A DNA stretch of 64,000 nucleotides from Sphagnum compactum. Taxonomy: Eukaryota. Each line of letters opens with the position of its first letter. Position 1 is the stretch's first letter. The stretch is taken from positions 7,378,001-7,442,000 of the forward strand of contig OZ234494.1 of assembly GCA_965153455.1 (NCBI GenBank), read 5' to 3'. The notes beneath the pieces were generated by a model, which saw only the letters and a program-made list of their open reading frames with translations, did no database searches and had not been told where the DNA came from. Shown here in pieces: positions 12,893-24,650 of this stretch. A program made the translations under genes and the position numbers.

Positions 12893-15800
12893 ATCAAATG
12901 GTCCGCCACCACCAAGATGGAGTCATAAGAACAAAAAGGTGGAAGGTCTGTATGAAATCCATGGAAATTGAACACCATGAGGATGTAGGGTTTAATAATG
13001 GTTAAAGGAAACCATGAAGGTGATGACAAGGATTTTTTGTTCGAGCACAAACATCGCAAGATTCAATAAACTCTTTTACATACTTCCAAAATTATGGCCA
13101 CCAATAATCTTGAGACACTGACTCCATGGTCTTGTTAAATCCAAAATGGCATGTAACCAAAACATTGTACTTAACCTAGAGAACTTAAAGTCATGCAGGG
13201 CCATAGAACATACAAAATACCATCACGATAAAATAAATAATCTTGATATTCAAATTTAACATGATGACTAAAAAAATTTTGGACTTGATGATGATTTTTT
13301 AATTAGCCTTAGATGCCAATAACAAAAGGGTTCCTCTTCAAATATTTGTGAATTTAACAAAAAAAGGTTGTGTGTCATTAAAATTTACCAACAATGCCTA
13401 AAGTCAAAGATGTTTAGGCTTGAGAACGACATCACATTGTTACTTGTAAACTACATCTCCTTCCTTAGGTGCGAGGTACAAGCGATGAGATAGCACATTA
13501 GGTTTCCCTTGCTGGCGCCCAGGGTGATATGTGATGACAAACTAGAATTGAAACAAGGACAATGCCCACCGAACTTGATGTCGATTCAAAACACAAGTTG
13601 TTATGAAATACTATAAGTTTTTGTGGTCTGAATACATAGTGATTTCATGTTGAGTTTTTTCAAGCAAATGACGCCATTTCTCAAAGGTATCCACGATGGC
13701 AAGAAGTTTCTTTAGCATGAATTTCATAATTAATCTCTATAAGAAAAAAATTACAAGAACGGAAGCCCACAAGATGAAGAAGATTGTCTTCTCCAAATTG
13801 TGAGAACATGATGCTTATTACAAAGTTGAAAATGTCCGACTCCAAAACAAAAGGTTTGGAAGGGTTTGCATGTTCATTAGGAGTGAGGCAGTTGTGAAAT
13901 AAACCTTCAAAGATTGAAAGGCATTTTCAGCTTCAATTCCCCAAAAGAAAGTTTGATCCTTCTTAGTCAATCAAGTAAGAGGGCCCACTATCAAAGAACA
14001 GTGGGCAGTGAAATGTTGATATCCAAGAAAACTTTGCACATCTCGAATAAAAGTTAGAGTAGCCCAATCAACAATGGTCTGAACTTTATAAGGATCCATG
14101 CAAATGTCATTTCCAGACATGACGTAACCCAAGAATTCCACTTTAGATTGATGGAATTCACATTTTTCCAATTTGGCATAAAGTTTAACCTTATGAAGTT
14201 CTTTTAACACCAGATTACATGGAGCTCATGGTCCTCCATGTTCTTTGAAAAAATGAGGATGCCATCAATATAATAGACCACAAAATCATTGAAGTATTCA
14301 CGAAAGGCATTATTCATTAGATGTTGAAAAATAACAGGCGTATTGGTAAAGCCAAATGGCATCACAATATATTCGAAATGGCCGTAACAAGTTCTGAATG
14401 CCATCATTCGTTCATCACCTTCTCAAATGTGCACTAAATTGTATGGTCCACATAGATCAATCTTCGTGTACACCTTGGCATGACTTAGTTGTTTCAACAA
14501 CCCTAAGATCAGGGGCAAAGGGTATTGATTGTTGATGGTGAGTTGATTCAACCCACAATAATCCACACATATTCGAAGGGAGCCATCTTTCTTTTTGACA
14601 AATAAGATCATGGCATTAGTTGGAAACTTGGAATGTCGAATGAACCCCTTCTCAAGGTTTTCATCAATGTACTCACAAAAAGCTGCAAGTTCATCTCGTG
14701 ACATTAGGTTGTAGATTAGCCCAAATGGAGGTTGTGTTCCCTCTTCCAAATCAATGGTGTAATCATATGGATGATATTTTAATAAAGTGTCAACATTTTT
14801 CTTTTCAAATACGTCCTTGAGTTCCTTATATTGGGAAGGGATATCATGACAAGGCGATTTGGCATCTAATGTGGGAAGAGCATAAATTAGGAATGCATCT
14901 CCTTTCTTGGTAGTTTGCATGAAAGCTTTTGCTCCAATGAACAAAGCTTTTGAGCTTTTAACATCTTGGGCATTCACCAAATATTTGTCATATTCAAAAA
15001 ACTTAACACATGACTCATCTAGGTGGTAGCCTTTGCCTTCATTAATGGTGTTTTTGGATGTAGGTTTCTTTTCACATATTGTTGATGTTACATTCTAAGG
15101 TACATCAAAATGAAGACTCTTTGTATGCTAATCCACTCGAAGGTTGTGCAAAATGAGCCATGATAACCCAATGACAATAGGGTTTGTTGGGGGGATGAAA
15201 TGGCATTGAAGGCCACCTTGCTTGTATGCATCCCAATAGTAATATCTAAAGCTTTAGTTTCATGCACCACAAGTCCTGAAGGAAAATTTCGACCATCGAT
15301 GACTTCCATGGCTACTGGCATGTTTTTCTTCACGAGAATTATCTTATGTCATCGCACCAACTCCTTGTTGATGAAACACGCATATGCACTAGAATCAAGT
15401 CATGCTGTAGTTTCCATCGTCATGGATTTATCGTATTTGATCGTGATTAGTAATAAGAAACAAGGTTAGGTTTGAAGGTAAATTGGGACCATTTTGAACA
15501 CATGATGCATTTGAGTCTAGTGTCGCGGTCCCTATAGAGACTAGACGTCTTCATTTCCCGAGTCTTTAGGAAGTGGTGTGTGGGTGGAAGTGATTCAAAC
15601 TATATGCAATAATTGTTTCTTGGGGTAGTTGGTAGTGATGTGACTTGGCTCTCCATAATACATGTGTGGTTTATTCACACATTATCATTGCTTCTTTTGT
15701 TCCGTGAGTGGTTTGAATCGTGTCCGATCAATTTGCATAGGATCACCCTTTGATGTACATGTTGTTGATGGAGACAACATAGTAGGTGCAAAATTCTTTG

Positions 15801-16481
15801 GGACTATTGGCGACTCCCAACGCTTCTCTTGTCAACATTCAAAAAGCTTGTTATCACATCGAATAATTTGAGCAATTGCTTGACTCAATGTGGATGGATT
15901 TGGCAAGGTGAACAATAGGTCGTTCACCTTGCTTCGTAGTCCATATTGAAACTAACTCATCAATGCTGCTTCATCCCATGATATGTTGCAAGCCAATTGC
16001 TTGAAATTTGATGTGTATAGTAGTTGGCATGGTCCTTGATGAAGAGCTCATAGTTTGTTAGTCAATGTGCATTCTTTGTCAGAGTCTTCGATGGTGGTGT
16101 TAAATTCTTCCACAAACATTTCAAAATCATTCAATAATGGAGATTGTTGCTCTAACAAAGGTGCAAACCATGTTAAGGATGTGCTTAATAGCAACGTGCC
16201 AATAAGGCTAACGTCAATTAGGCCATTTGGATAACGATGGGGGTGCAATTTTATGACTAATTGTACCTGGTTAAGGAAATTTCAAAACTTGGAATGCATT
16301 CCATCAAACTTGTCAAAAAGGCTAATTCGTGGCTTTTTTACTTGAGATGGTGTCGTGGGAACACATCCCAATGACGTTGATGCTTGAGCACTTTGAAGAT
16401 GAGTAATGGATTCACAAAGAGCTTGATTTTCTTGTTACATATGCCTAAGACAATAAAAACTTCTTCCATAGATGCAACCAT
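12893..16481 (-). mobile_element. Degenerate Ty3/Gypsy LTR retrotransposon (chromovirus/Tf2-like): gag, protease, RT, RNase H, start of integrase; many stops and frameshifts
   Basis: Gag KFDG...LHPHRYP (~16480-15620), protease LDSSA (~15399-15385), RT FVKKKDGSLRICVDY, YTKIDL, MPFGFTNTP, YIDG for YxDD, KLEKCEF, RNase H remnants, integrase FHTDLPP...DSILVVADHL. The order PR-RT-RH-IN is the Gypsy order. LTRs not identified. Confidence 0.93.
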
Positions 16482-18210
16482 CTTTTTTTAAAACGTAAAC
16501 ATGATTAAAACACCATGAAATATAACACCAACAATAAGAAGTGGGTAATCCATGACTTTTTGAAAAAAAATCCACATTTAACTCCAAAAGGAATTAATTC
16601 CTAAATGACTTATAAATTCAAAAATGGATGTAGACTTGATGGAGTTTGTTCAAACTATTGAGGACACGAAGAACCACAAGAATTAAAACTAAGGGAAAGG
16701 TCTAAGTTTAACTTTCAAACAAGGAACAAAACTTTAACATAACATATTCCATAGTCCCAAAAGTTTGTGCATGTAATACAAGTATCTCAAGTAACTATAA
16801 CTTGATAAAAATAGCTTAAGTAACTTGGTAGGAAGTTGATATCTAACAGGTTGTAAGTTCTTGGTGTATTATAGCCAAAGTTATCACCATCATGCTTGGT
16901 GTTCTTGTTACTAGAGTTATGTTTTTGTTAATGGAGAGCGCACCAATACTAATGGTAATGGGGTCAAAGGTCGGAAGTGATGAAATCTCTTGCTTTCATC
17001 AAATCTCACAAGGAGATAGGGTATATTATAAAAATATTGTGTGTATCTATGTATGTTGTTCATACCTACCTCTTCCAAAGCCTACCTCACTCACTCATTT
17101 CTCCTACCCACGTACATGGATATGAAAAGGCAAATGAACATGTCCCCTTCTGTGTCCAGGTTATGTATTTAAAAATAGTTTAATAACCTACCTTTAGCAA
17201 GCCTATCTACTTAACCTCTTTCCCTTAGACATTTACATAGTCATGAAAAGTCTAAAATATAAATAATGATGAACTATTGGGAACCATGTGGGAACATACA
17301 AGGAAAAAAAAAGGAAAAAGAGAGAGGGTGAGAGACTTACACCAGATTTACGCAGCAGAGCAAAATCAATTGCCAATGCTTATATACATACCAGAATGCT
17401 ACATGAATACTAAAGATATGGGGTAACTCTTAGGCAAGATCTGTTTGAAACTGAAAACACAGACAACCCACAGCAGAAAACTCTGGTGGAAAACTGTTTG
17501 TTATCCCTGGTGGTGTTCTCCTGATGAGGGGAGGGGGGAAAAAAACAGACCAATTTCAGGAATTGGTCTCTATGATACCAAACTAAAGCTGCTATGAAAG
17601 TTCAGCTAACCACAATCTTGTGAAAACCAACAATTACAAGGAAAAAAACATCAGTGTATACAGCTTCATCTTCACCAGCAGGTCCTATGATGAAGGAAAA
17701 AACGTGCCAAAACAATATTGCAGTTTTGGTACTCCAAAGATGATAAGCTCTTCTTGCATGAAGGCTCACCCATACATCACTGAAGGCAGATGTCTTGTGG
17801 TTCAATCCTCCTGCCTCCAAGAAAACATCAGTTGAGGGAAATAAAAAATCAGGACAAAGCTGATTCTTAGGCTCTCACATTTGATGATGCTTCATTTGGA
17901 AAGCCACCCATCTCAACCATTTGCAATAGCCAACACTGCAAAACACACTTCTGTGACAGATTTGGATTCTGTCCATTTGCAGGAAAATTTTACGTGTCTA
18001 GGGGAAATTCAAAGTAAAAGAATAAAGAATTTGAAAATCATTGGTCGTTTGTTGTTGTTGTTGTTGTAGTAGCTTTTGGTTGCAAAAAGTTGCCACTGGA
18101 GATGACCTGGAACCAAGCCTCAAGCTTTCAGCTCAAATAGGTGCTGACAATTGGACCAAATTCTCTTACAGGTCATAATTTCTTTGTTTCTGGTGCTGGA
18201 AAAAAAGACT

Positions 18211-21106
18211 TTAGATTTGGGTACTGCGAGGTATCAAAATCAGCCTTGCACTTGGGGAGTATTGCAGTACACAGTTTTCCAGTTTAGGTGTCAAATCTTT
18301 GGGACTTCCTGGAGCCAGCTTCAGCTGCACAAAATAAAAACCTGTCAAAACTTGAATTGATTGTCGCATCCATATGGGTCTGCAACATACACCTTTTGAA
18401 CATACCCAAATTCACAACAAGCACTTCTGCCTATGTAAATTTATGATGTAAATTGTTCACTACAACTTGTACAGGGTTTGCTCAGCTATTCTACAGAAGA
18501 TAATATCACTGAGATGTGGCAACTGCCATAATACCTCATAGCCTTGGACAAGAGCTGCAACAAGTGACAAAATTTCTGTCAGTGCAAAGTTTGCGCCTAT
18601 ACATGAGCGGGCACCAGTGCCAAAAAGAAGGAACCCTGAATCCAGTGGTGGAGCCTGAAACACACGCTTCTCTGACATGTTGGTGTCTTTCTGAGTTTGG
18701 TTGAGTTCATTGTGGATATGTGAAGAATTTGCTTTCACATTCAGACAAAATTCTGATTTTGGTTTGAGAAACCGTTCTGGGTTGAAATCAGCAGAATCGT
18801 TGCCCCAACAGACAGGATTCAAGTGTAGTAAGTGAACAGGTGCTGCCATGATCGCCCCTGCTGGCACAATCAGTCCTGGTGCCAGCTGGAAATCTGCACA
18901 GAATCTGGTTTGCATAAGCTACAGAAAAACCAAAGTGCCAACAAACCCACTACACTTCATTTCCTTTGATTCATCCATAGTCACCTGCATGTCTCCCCAC
19001 ATTCCAATCTGCTACAACTTCTACATGAAATATCAAAGGTTTAGGGTAATCTGAAACTTTTTGAGGGACATCTGTATGGTTTTACCAGATTGAAGGCTAC
19101 AGCGTTGCAAAAACGGGGCAGTTGGTAAGAGGCGAGCAGACTCATGTAAGCTTGCCATCAGATAATGCAGCTGCTTCACATCACTTTGACTCAGTGCCAG
19201 ATTTGAGCCACACACTTCTTTAATTTCAGCATACACCTGCAATACATGGACGAAAATAAAAAACCCATGTATGATTGCTGATCTGAGACTGTGATTTAAT
19301 ATATATATATATATATATATGAGCACACAAAACATCCACTGTCTGGGAAACAGTCCAGGTGTAATGCCAAGATACTCTTAATCTTAAATTATGCACACCT
19401 TTGCTTGGATGTCTGGATGATGGGCAAGCCGTGTAAGAATGCCACTTAAAATTCCAGCAGTTGTACATCCACCATGATACATCATCCCGCTGGCTCGCCC
19501 ATCTCCCAGAATTTTTCCAGTCACCAAATTTGATTTCAAAGTCTCAACAATCTCAAAAACTTCCATTTTGTAATTGTCTTTGCCATTTAGAGTGGCTCCT
19601 CCACTTTGGGTTTCAGGGGTGGCATCATCATTATGGGCCGTGTTGTCCTTTGTGTTGTCAATTGGACACACTGTAGTTTGCAAATTTTTGTGAGCCTCAG
19701 CCACCAAATTCTGGGTCAAATGCTTCATCCGATTGCATTTCCTCCAAAAATGAATGAACGAAGGCCTCCAAACTGGGGGCACAGTGTAGCGGACCCACCC
19801 GGAAATTTCATCAGCAATTGATATGAGAAGCTTTTCAAACTCTCGTGCAGCTGCCCACTCAACATAACCTTCCCCAAAAATCGATATGCCTAAAACCGCA
19901 AAAGCAATGCTCTGAGAGAATGACTTGGAATCAGTTTGCCAGTTTCCATCCTGGTCGAGTGTTGCCCACAAGCCCAGTTTCTGGATTACCTTGAGAGCAA
20001 TTGCATGCACCTGTCCTAAATTTTTTCCATTAAACTCTCTATCGTATATGGTGCGTCGCTCTTCTACCTGCAGAGAACCCAGTAGTTAATATACATATAA
20101 ACAGGAACTGACTGGCACTGTTGTGCTGGTTCCCAGTTTTTTTAATAAACAAATATTTCAGAATCAGTGAACTGCCAATTTTGGAGCAAAATAAAGTGGT
20201 CTAGACTTCCTTGAGCTAACTGCAAAAATCTCCAGTGAACAGGAGGAGACTCCTTTGAAACCTTCCAAGTGCATGTCTTCCAAAAAGATAATAACACTCT
20301 GACTATGCCCTTGGGGGTGTGTGTCAGTTAATAGAAGGGTATAAGCAGACCTTGGAAAATGGGGCGAAAAAAAGACTCCCTTTCCCGAAGGCAAGTTGCA
20401 GTGCCATTCGGGGAGCTGGGACACGGTCATGTGCTTTCTCCAAGAGCTCATTCACAATTCTCACATCAAATATTGAGACCAGCAACTGTGTGGGTCCCAT
20501 CCATATTTTCAGCACTGACCCATGCTGTTTATGAAGAGAAGAGAAGAGCTCTGGATCATTGACAACCAAAAAAACTATTGTTAGTGGTGTGTCCCCAATT
20601 GGTGGTACCAGAGGAGAAATCAATAAATAACAACAGTTGGAACTGCCACAAAAAAATAAGAATCATTATTGGCAATAGGTACTACAGCTCAGATGCTCAT
20701 TCAAGCACTCGATTTAAAGATCAAATTTCTTGGGCACCCATGAATTCCTTGCAACCAAAAAAGAAAAACAGTAGCATGGGGAGAGAAATAGCAAAGTATA
20801 TATACCCAAAAGCTTAAGTGGTCCATCAGCTTTTGCACGAATGACAGACCTGGCCACCAAGGCCTGCAAGCCAGGGCCTGGGAGACAGGAACCCATAACC
20901 CACAGGCGAAGCAGCTGCCCCACTTTCTTCAGCAACACAGATGTCACAACTATGAGAATGGCCCATGTTAGGGTGTTGAACTCGTAGCGCCAAGTCAGAC
21001 AACTTGGCTTACCAGCTGGGTCTTCTCCTCCTCCTCCTCCTCCCCCAGTCTGCACCTCTGGCAGGCTTGACCACCATACACTTGCATTCAGCAGCAGCAA
21101 CATCAT
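18211..21106 (-). CDS. Cytochrome P450, CYP727-clan-like; 6 exons (21106-20806, 20550-20351, 20067-19399, 19236-19086, 18893-18535, 18324-18211)
   Basis: N-terminal TM anchor and LPGP hinge, K-helix ESAR, FNPERF, heme motif FGTGARSCIG. All introns are GT-AG and in frame. The last exon reads LKLAPGSPKDLTPKLENCVLQYSPSARLILIPRSTQI*. Clan assignment rests on recalled motifs (MMYHGGCTTAGIL, PFLQRCSL, IVPAGAI). Confidence 0.92.
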
Positions 21107-22125
21107 CTCTCATCACCCACTATTGCAGTTCTGTTCTGAGCAAAAGAAGATGAAGAGCAAAGAATTGCTCATAAAAAGCTTCACCCTGCACGTGCTTCCT
21201 TCAATTGCCTTCCTCCCTCCCTCAGTGCTCTTTAGGGTTCACTGCTGCAAGATGCAGACATTCAAGTCAACAGAATATAGTGTCTACAGCCTCACCATAC
21301 CAAAATTCTGAGCAAAACCATAATACAAAAGTCTGTGTCCTCGGTTTTCTGTAGCAATTCTGGAAGGCAACCACAAGACTCAGTCATGATGTTAGCTAGC
21401 ACACACTCTGCAAGGAGACAGATTTACAAAAACAAGCAACTGAAGATGATTCCAGCACAAACCATTCCTGTTGCTCCTGATCCACTTTCTTGCTGTTCTT
21501 CGACCCAACAAGAATAATCTCTTCTCCACACCTGCACAAAAGATTGCAAACCCTCAGGTATTGCATGGCTCCTTGATCATGATGGCAAAGCTGGAAGAAG
21601 CTCAAGAGACACCATCCCACATGAAGTGGGCCTTCCTTTCTGTGGCTATCCTTTGATGGTCTGTCTGTATTGTCTCTCTGAAAGTGTAAGAAAATCTCTC
21701 ACCCATCAGCAGCCACCCTATAATACCTTTTTGCTAACTCTCCCTTCTCCTTCTTCTTCTTCTTCTTCTCTCCGTCTCTCTCATGTGACCGACACCCATA
21801 TTGCCTCCCACACCTCACAAAACCCAAATCCTCTCTATCCTCACAAAGCCTAGGTTCTTCTTCTTGTCCTTCTCCACCACCCCCGCCCCTCTCTCTTCTG
21901 TCCTCTATACCTTACTAGTTCTAGCTCTCTTCAGCAGCAGACAAGAAGGACCAAAATTAGGGTGCCTGGAAGTGTGAGTGATTCTCCAAAGTCCCTCTAG
22001 TTCACAACTACAAATCGCCATCATGAATCAATCAATCAAGAAAACTCCCGTCCTCTTCTTCTTCGTCTTCTTAACATCACACAACTTAGGAACATACCAG
22101 ACACAAATGTCAAACTCCAGCAACA

Positions 22126-22155
22126 CATGATGATGATGATGATGATGATGATGAT
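22126..22155. repeat. (ATG)n microsatellite
   Basis: About 9-10 ATG/GAT units. Confidence 0.9.
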
Positions 22156-22345
22156 CAGCAGCAGCGCAGCGGTTTGAGAAAACAAAACACAAATAGAACA
22201 CTAATGAATCACACTCACACACATCCTTCTTCCTACCTGTTGTTGATCAGCTGTTGTTTAGCAGTACAAGTAGTTTTTTGTGCAGATCCCGCTGCTGCTG
22301 CGGTTGCTTCTTGTTCTCGCTTACCATTCATCATCGCAACCCATC

Positions 22346-22397
22346 TCTCTCGCTCGCGCTTCCCATCTCTCCCTCCCTCTCTCTCTCTCTCTCTCTA

Positions 22398-22431
<34 letters not shown>
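22346..22431. repeat. (CT)n/(GA)n tract upstream of the P450, possible GAGA element
   Basis: Interrupted CT dinucleotide runs. Confidence 0.8.
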
Positions 22432-22477
22432 GGGGTGCGACTTCCTTGCGTTCTTCAACTGTTTTCCAAAAGCAGCA

Positions 22478-22942
22478 GCAGTTTTAGGACCCTTTTTATG
22501 CGTGGACAAAACATAAGGCATACACCTAAGTGGCCTTTTATCATGAGGCCCTGCAAATGGACAACTGCTGTTTCTAAAGCAGAGACACATCTAAGTGGCC
22601 TATTATTTTGAGAGAGGTGAAAAAGAACTGCTTCTGTTTGTAAAAAGCCACAGTTTTGGGACCCTTTTTATGGCTGCACAAAAAACATAAGACATACACC
22701 TAAGTGGCCTGTTACGGACGACAGGTGCACGAGCCACGGTTTTAGGACCACATAAGACATACAACTAAGTGGCCTATTATATGAGAGGTGCAAAAAGGGA
22801 CTGCTGTTTCTAAAAGCCACCCTTATTTTATGGTGGACAAAAAACCAGAAGATATGCATCTAAAGTGGCCTTTTATGAGAGAGAGGTGCAAAAAGAACTG
22901 CTGTTTTTAAATGTCACATTCTTGGGACCCTTTTTTATGGGC
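22478..22942. repeat. Complex tandem repeat with five CTAAGTGGCC-cored units
   Basis: ctaagtggcc at ~22527, 22591, 22700, 22765 and (ctaaagtggcc) 22860, with recurring gagaggtgcaaaaagaactgctgttt and ggacccttttta modules. Confidence 0.85.
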
Positions 22943-23423
22943 TAGTAGACCTTATGATCAAAATATGGCAATTTCAGAAAAAAAAATAAAAATTTAAATC
23001 CTCTGAGTATGGGCACAAAATTTGGGGGTGAGAGAGGGATTATTATTACTCTATGGGGGGGTCTTATATACTCTCAAGCATTTTATTGGGAACATGTAAT
23101 TTCGTAGTACCTAAACGTTTTTGGCATAAATTAAATTGTTTTTTTTGTTTTGCCAATTTTTGGATAATTCATTTATTATTTGTGCCAAAATTCAAGAATC
23201 CTTTAAAAAACCAAGTGCCAAAGTTAAGATTTAGAATTTATTGTACAATCAGGTTGATGTTTTTGGTTTGCCCAAAGAAAAAAAGGGCAACTCATTTGAT
23301 TGCAAAGTTATCCAAATCAAAGGAAACTTGCTGAAGCTGACTCTATATGAGAAGGAAGAGTATTTAAAGAGTAGTCAGGATAAGGGGGATGGGGAGGCGG
23401 GGGAGAGTCAGCCATTTTTTTGC

Positions 23424-23458
<35 letters not shown>

Positions 23459-24369
23459 TGCTGAAGCTGACTTTACAAAAGATGGGTAGGTATGGGAGAA
23501 GCAAGCTCTGAAAAAGAGCATAGCAAGAACTGACAAAACCCACTCCACCAATGTGGTTATGAAACTTGGAGCTCAAAGCATTGCACATAAGGGTGGTGGG
23601 ATGGGGCCTTGTAAGTTAGTGTTGGGTGGGAGAAGAAGAAGACCCAAGTTTTGTGGCTGAGAGCAAATAGAGGCCTTCTTGTGTGTCTGTCTTTTGACAA
23701 GTAAAGATATAATGACCCCACTCACTCACTCAAGAAAAAAGGTTGAAAAGGATAGAAAGAGGCAAAAGGGCTTTAAAAAGGTGTGAAAAAGGGGGGATGA
23801 TAAAAGTGGAGGAAATAAGGGTGAAAATAAGGGGACGGGTGGAAAGGAAAGGAAAGGAAAGAGAAGAGAAGAGGAGCTAGTTGTGAGATTTTATATAGTG
23901 TTGTGAGCTTGTTGTTCCAAGTTGATCCCTCAGCTTGTTTTCCAACATGGTCCAGACTTGAGTGTTTTAACATAACCCTAATCCAATGGTAATTTCATTG
24001 ACACAACCATGATCGTTCCAAATAAGATTGCATCCATTCTAGAAGAATTACCTATTGTGGTTTTATTGCTTAACACCTACGTGTGCTTTAACAACGTGTG
24101 TTTCAGAAGATGGTGAATTTTGTGACCTAATTTTTTATGATCAAATTTCAGCTTATTGGGGACAATCCACATGAACCAATTATTCAGCTTACAATAGACC
24201 CTTGCATGCCGACATGCTTTGGGGCCCACTCTTAGAACAAGTCCAAAGACATGAATCCATTCAATACTTCGATGCTGTGAGACTGCAAGTGTGATGTGTG
24301 TAGGGTAATGCCATGGCAGCAGGGCTTTTTTTACACTCCGTGAACTGAGCAGAGAGCTCCAGGTATGGC

Positions 24370-24650
24370 CAGGGTTTTTGCCTCAATTTTGTGATGTAGC
24401 TGAAGTGGCAATCATCCATAAGATGATTTAGCCACATTTGTCTACAGACTAGATATGAAAGTAGAAAACAATTAGAATACTTCTATATTTTTGGCTACTT
24501 ACTGAAACTTATCATAAAAATTTGGTGATTTAGAACCTCTATTTTTCAAAATCTGGCGAATTTGGGCCATTGCAATTTATCCTTTGCATAGGTCAAAATC
24601 CTATTTTTCAGATCAAAATTTGGCTAAATTTGGTCCTCCAAAAAAAACTG
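24370..24650. mobile_element. hAT-type MITE, 281 bp, with 8-bp TSD GGTATGGC
   Basis: CAGGGTTTTT...AAAAAAACTG termini. GGTATGGC lies at 24362-24369 and 24651-24658. Confidence 0.88.

Noticed and set aside
16490..17280. 5' LTR and PBS of the Gypsy element
   Set aside because: No second LTR copy is available for comparison and no convincing TG...CA ends or tRNA primer site were seen.
17602..17820. 72-aa - strand ORF as the last P450 exon
   Set aside because: The exon at 18324-18211 has a proper acceptor, the right phase and a plausible P450 C-terminus, so this ORF lies downstream of the stop.
22174..22611. 145-aa ORF and overlapping ORFs
   Set aside because: They arise from CT/GA and trinucleotide microsatellites and are low complexity.
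23330..23475. Conserved miRNA loci (TGAAGCTG starts here; TGACAGAAG at ~38731)
   Set aside because: Matches stop after 8-9 nt and I saw no complementary star arm.
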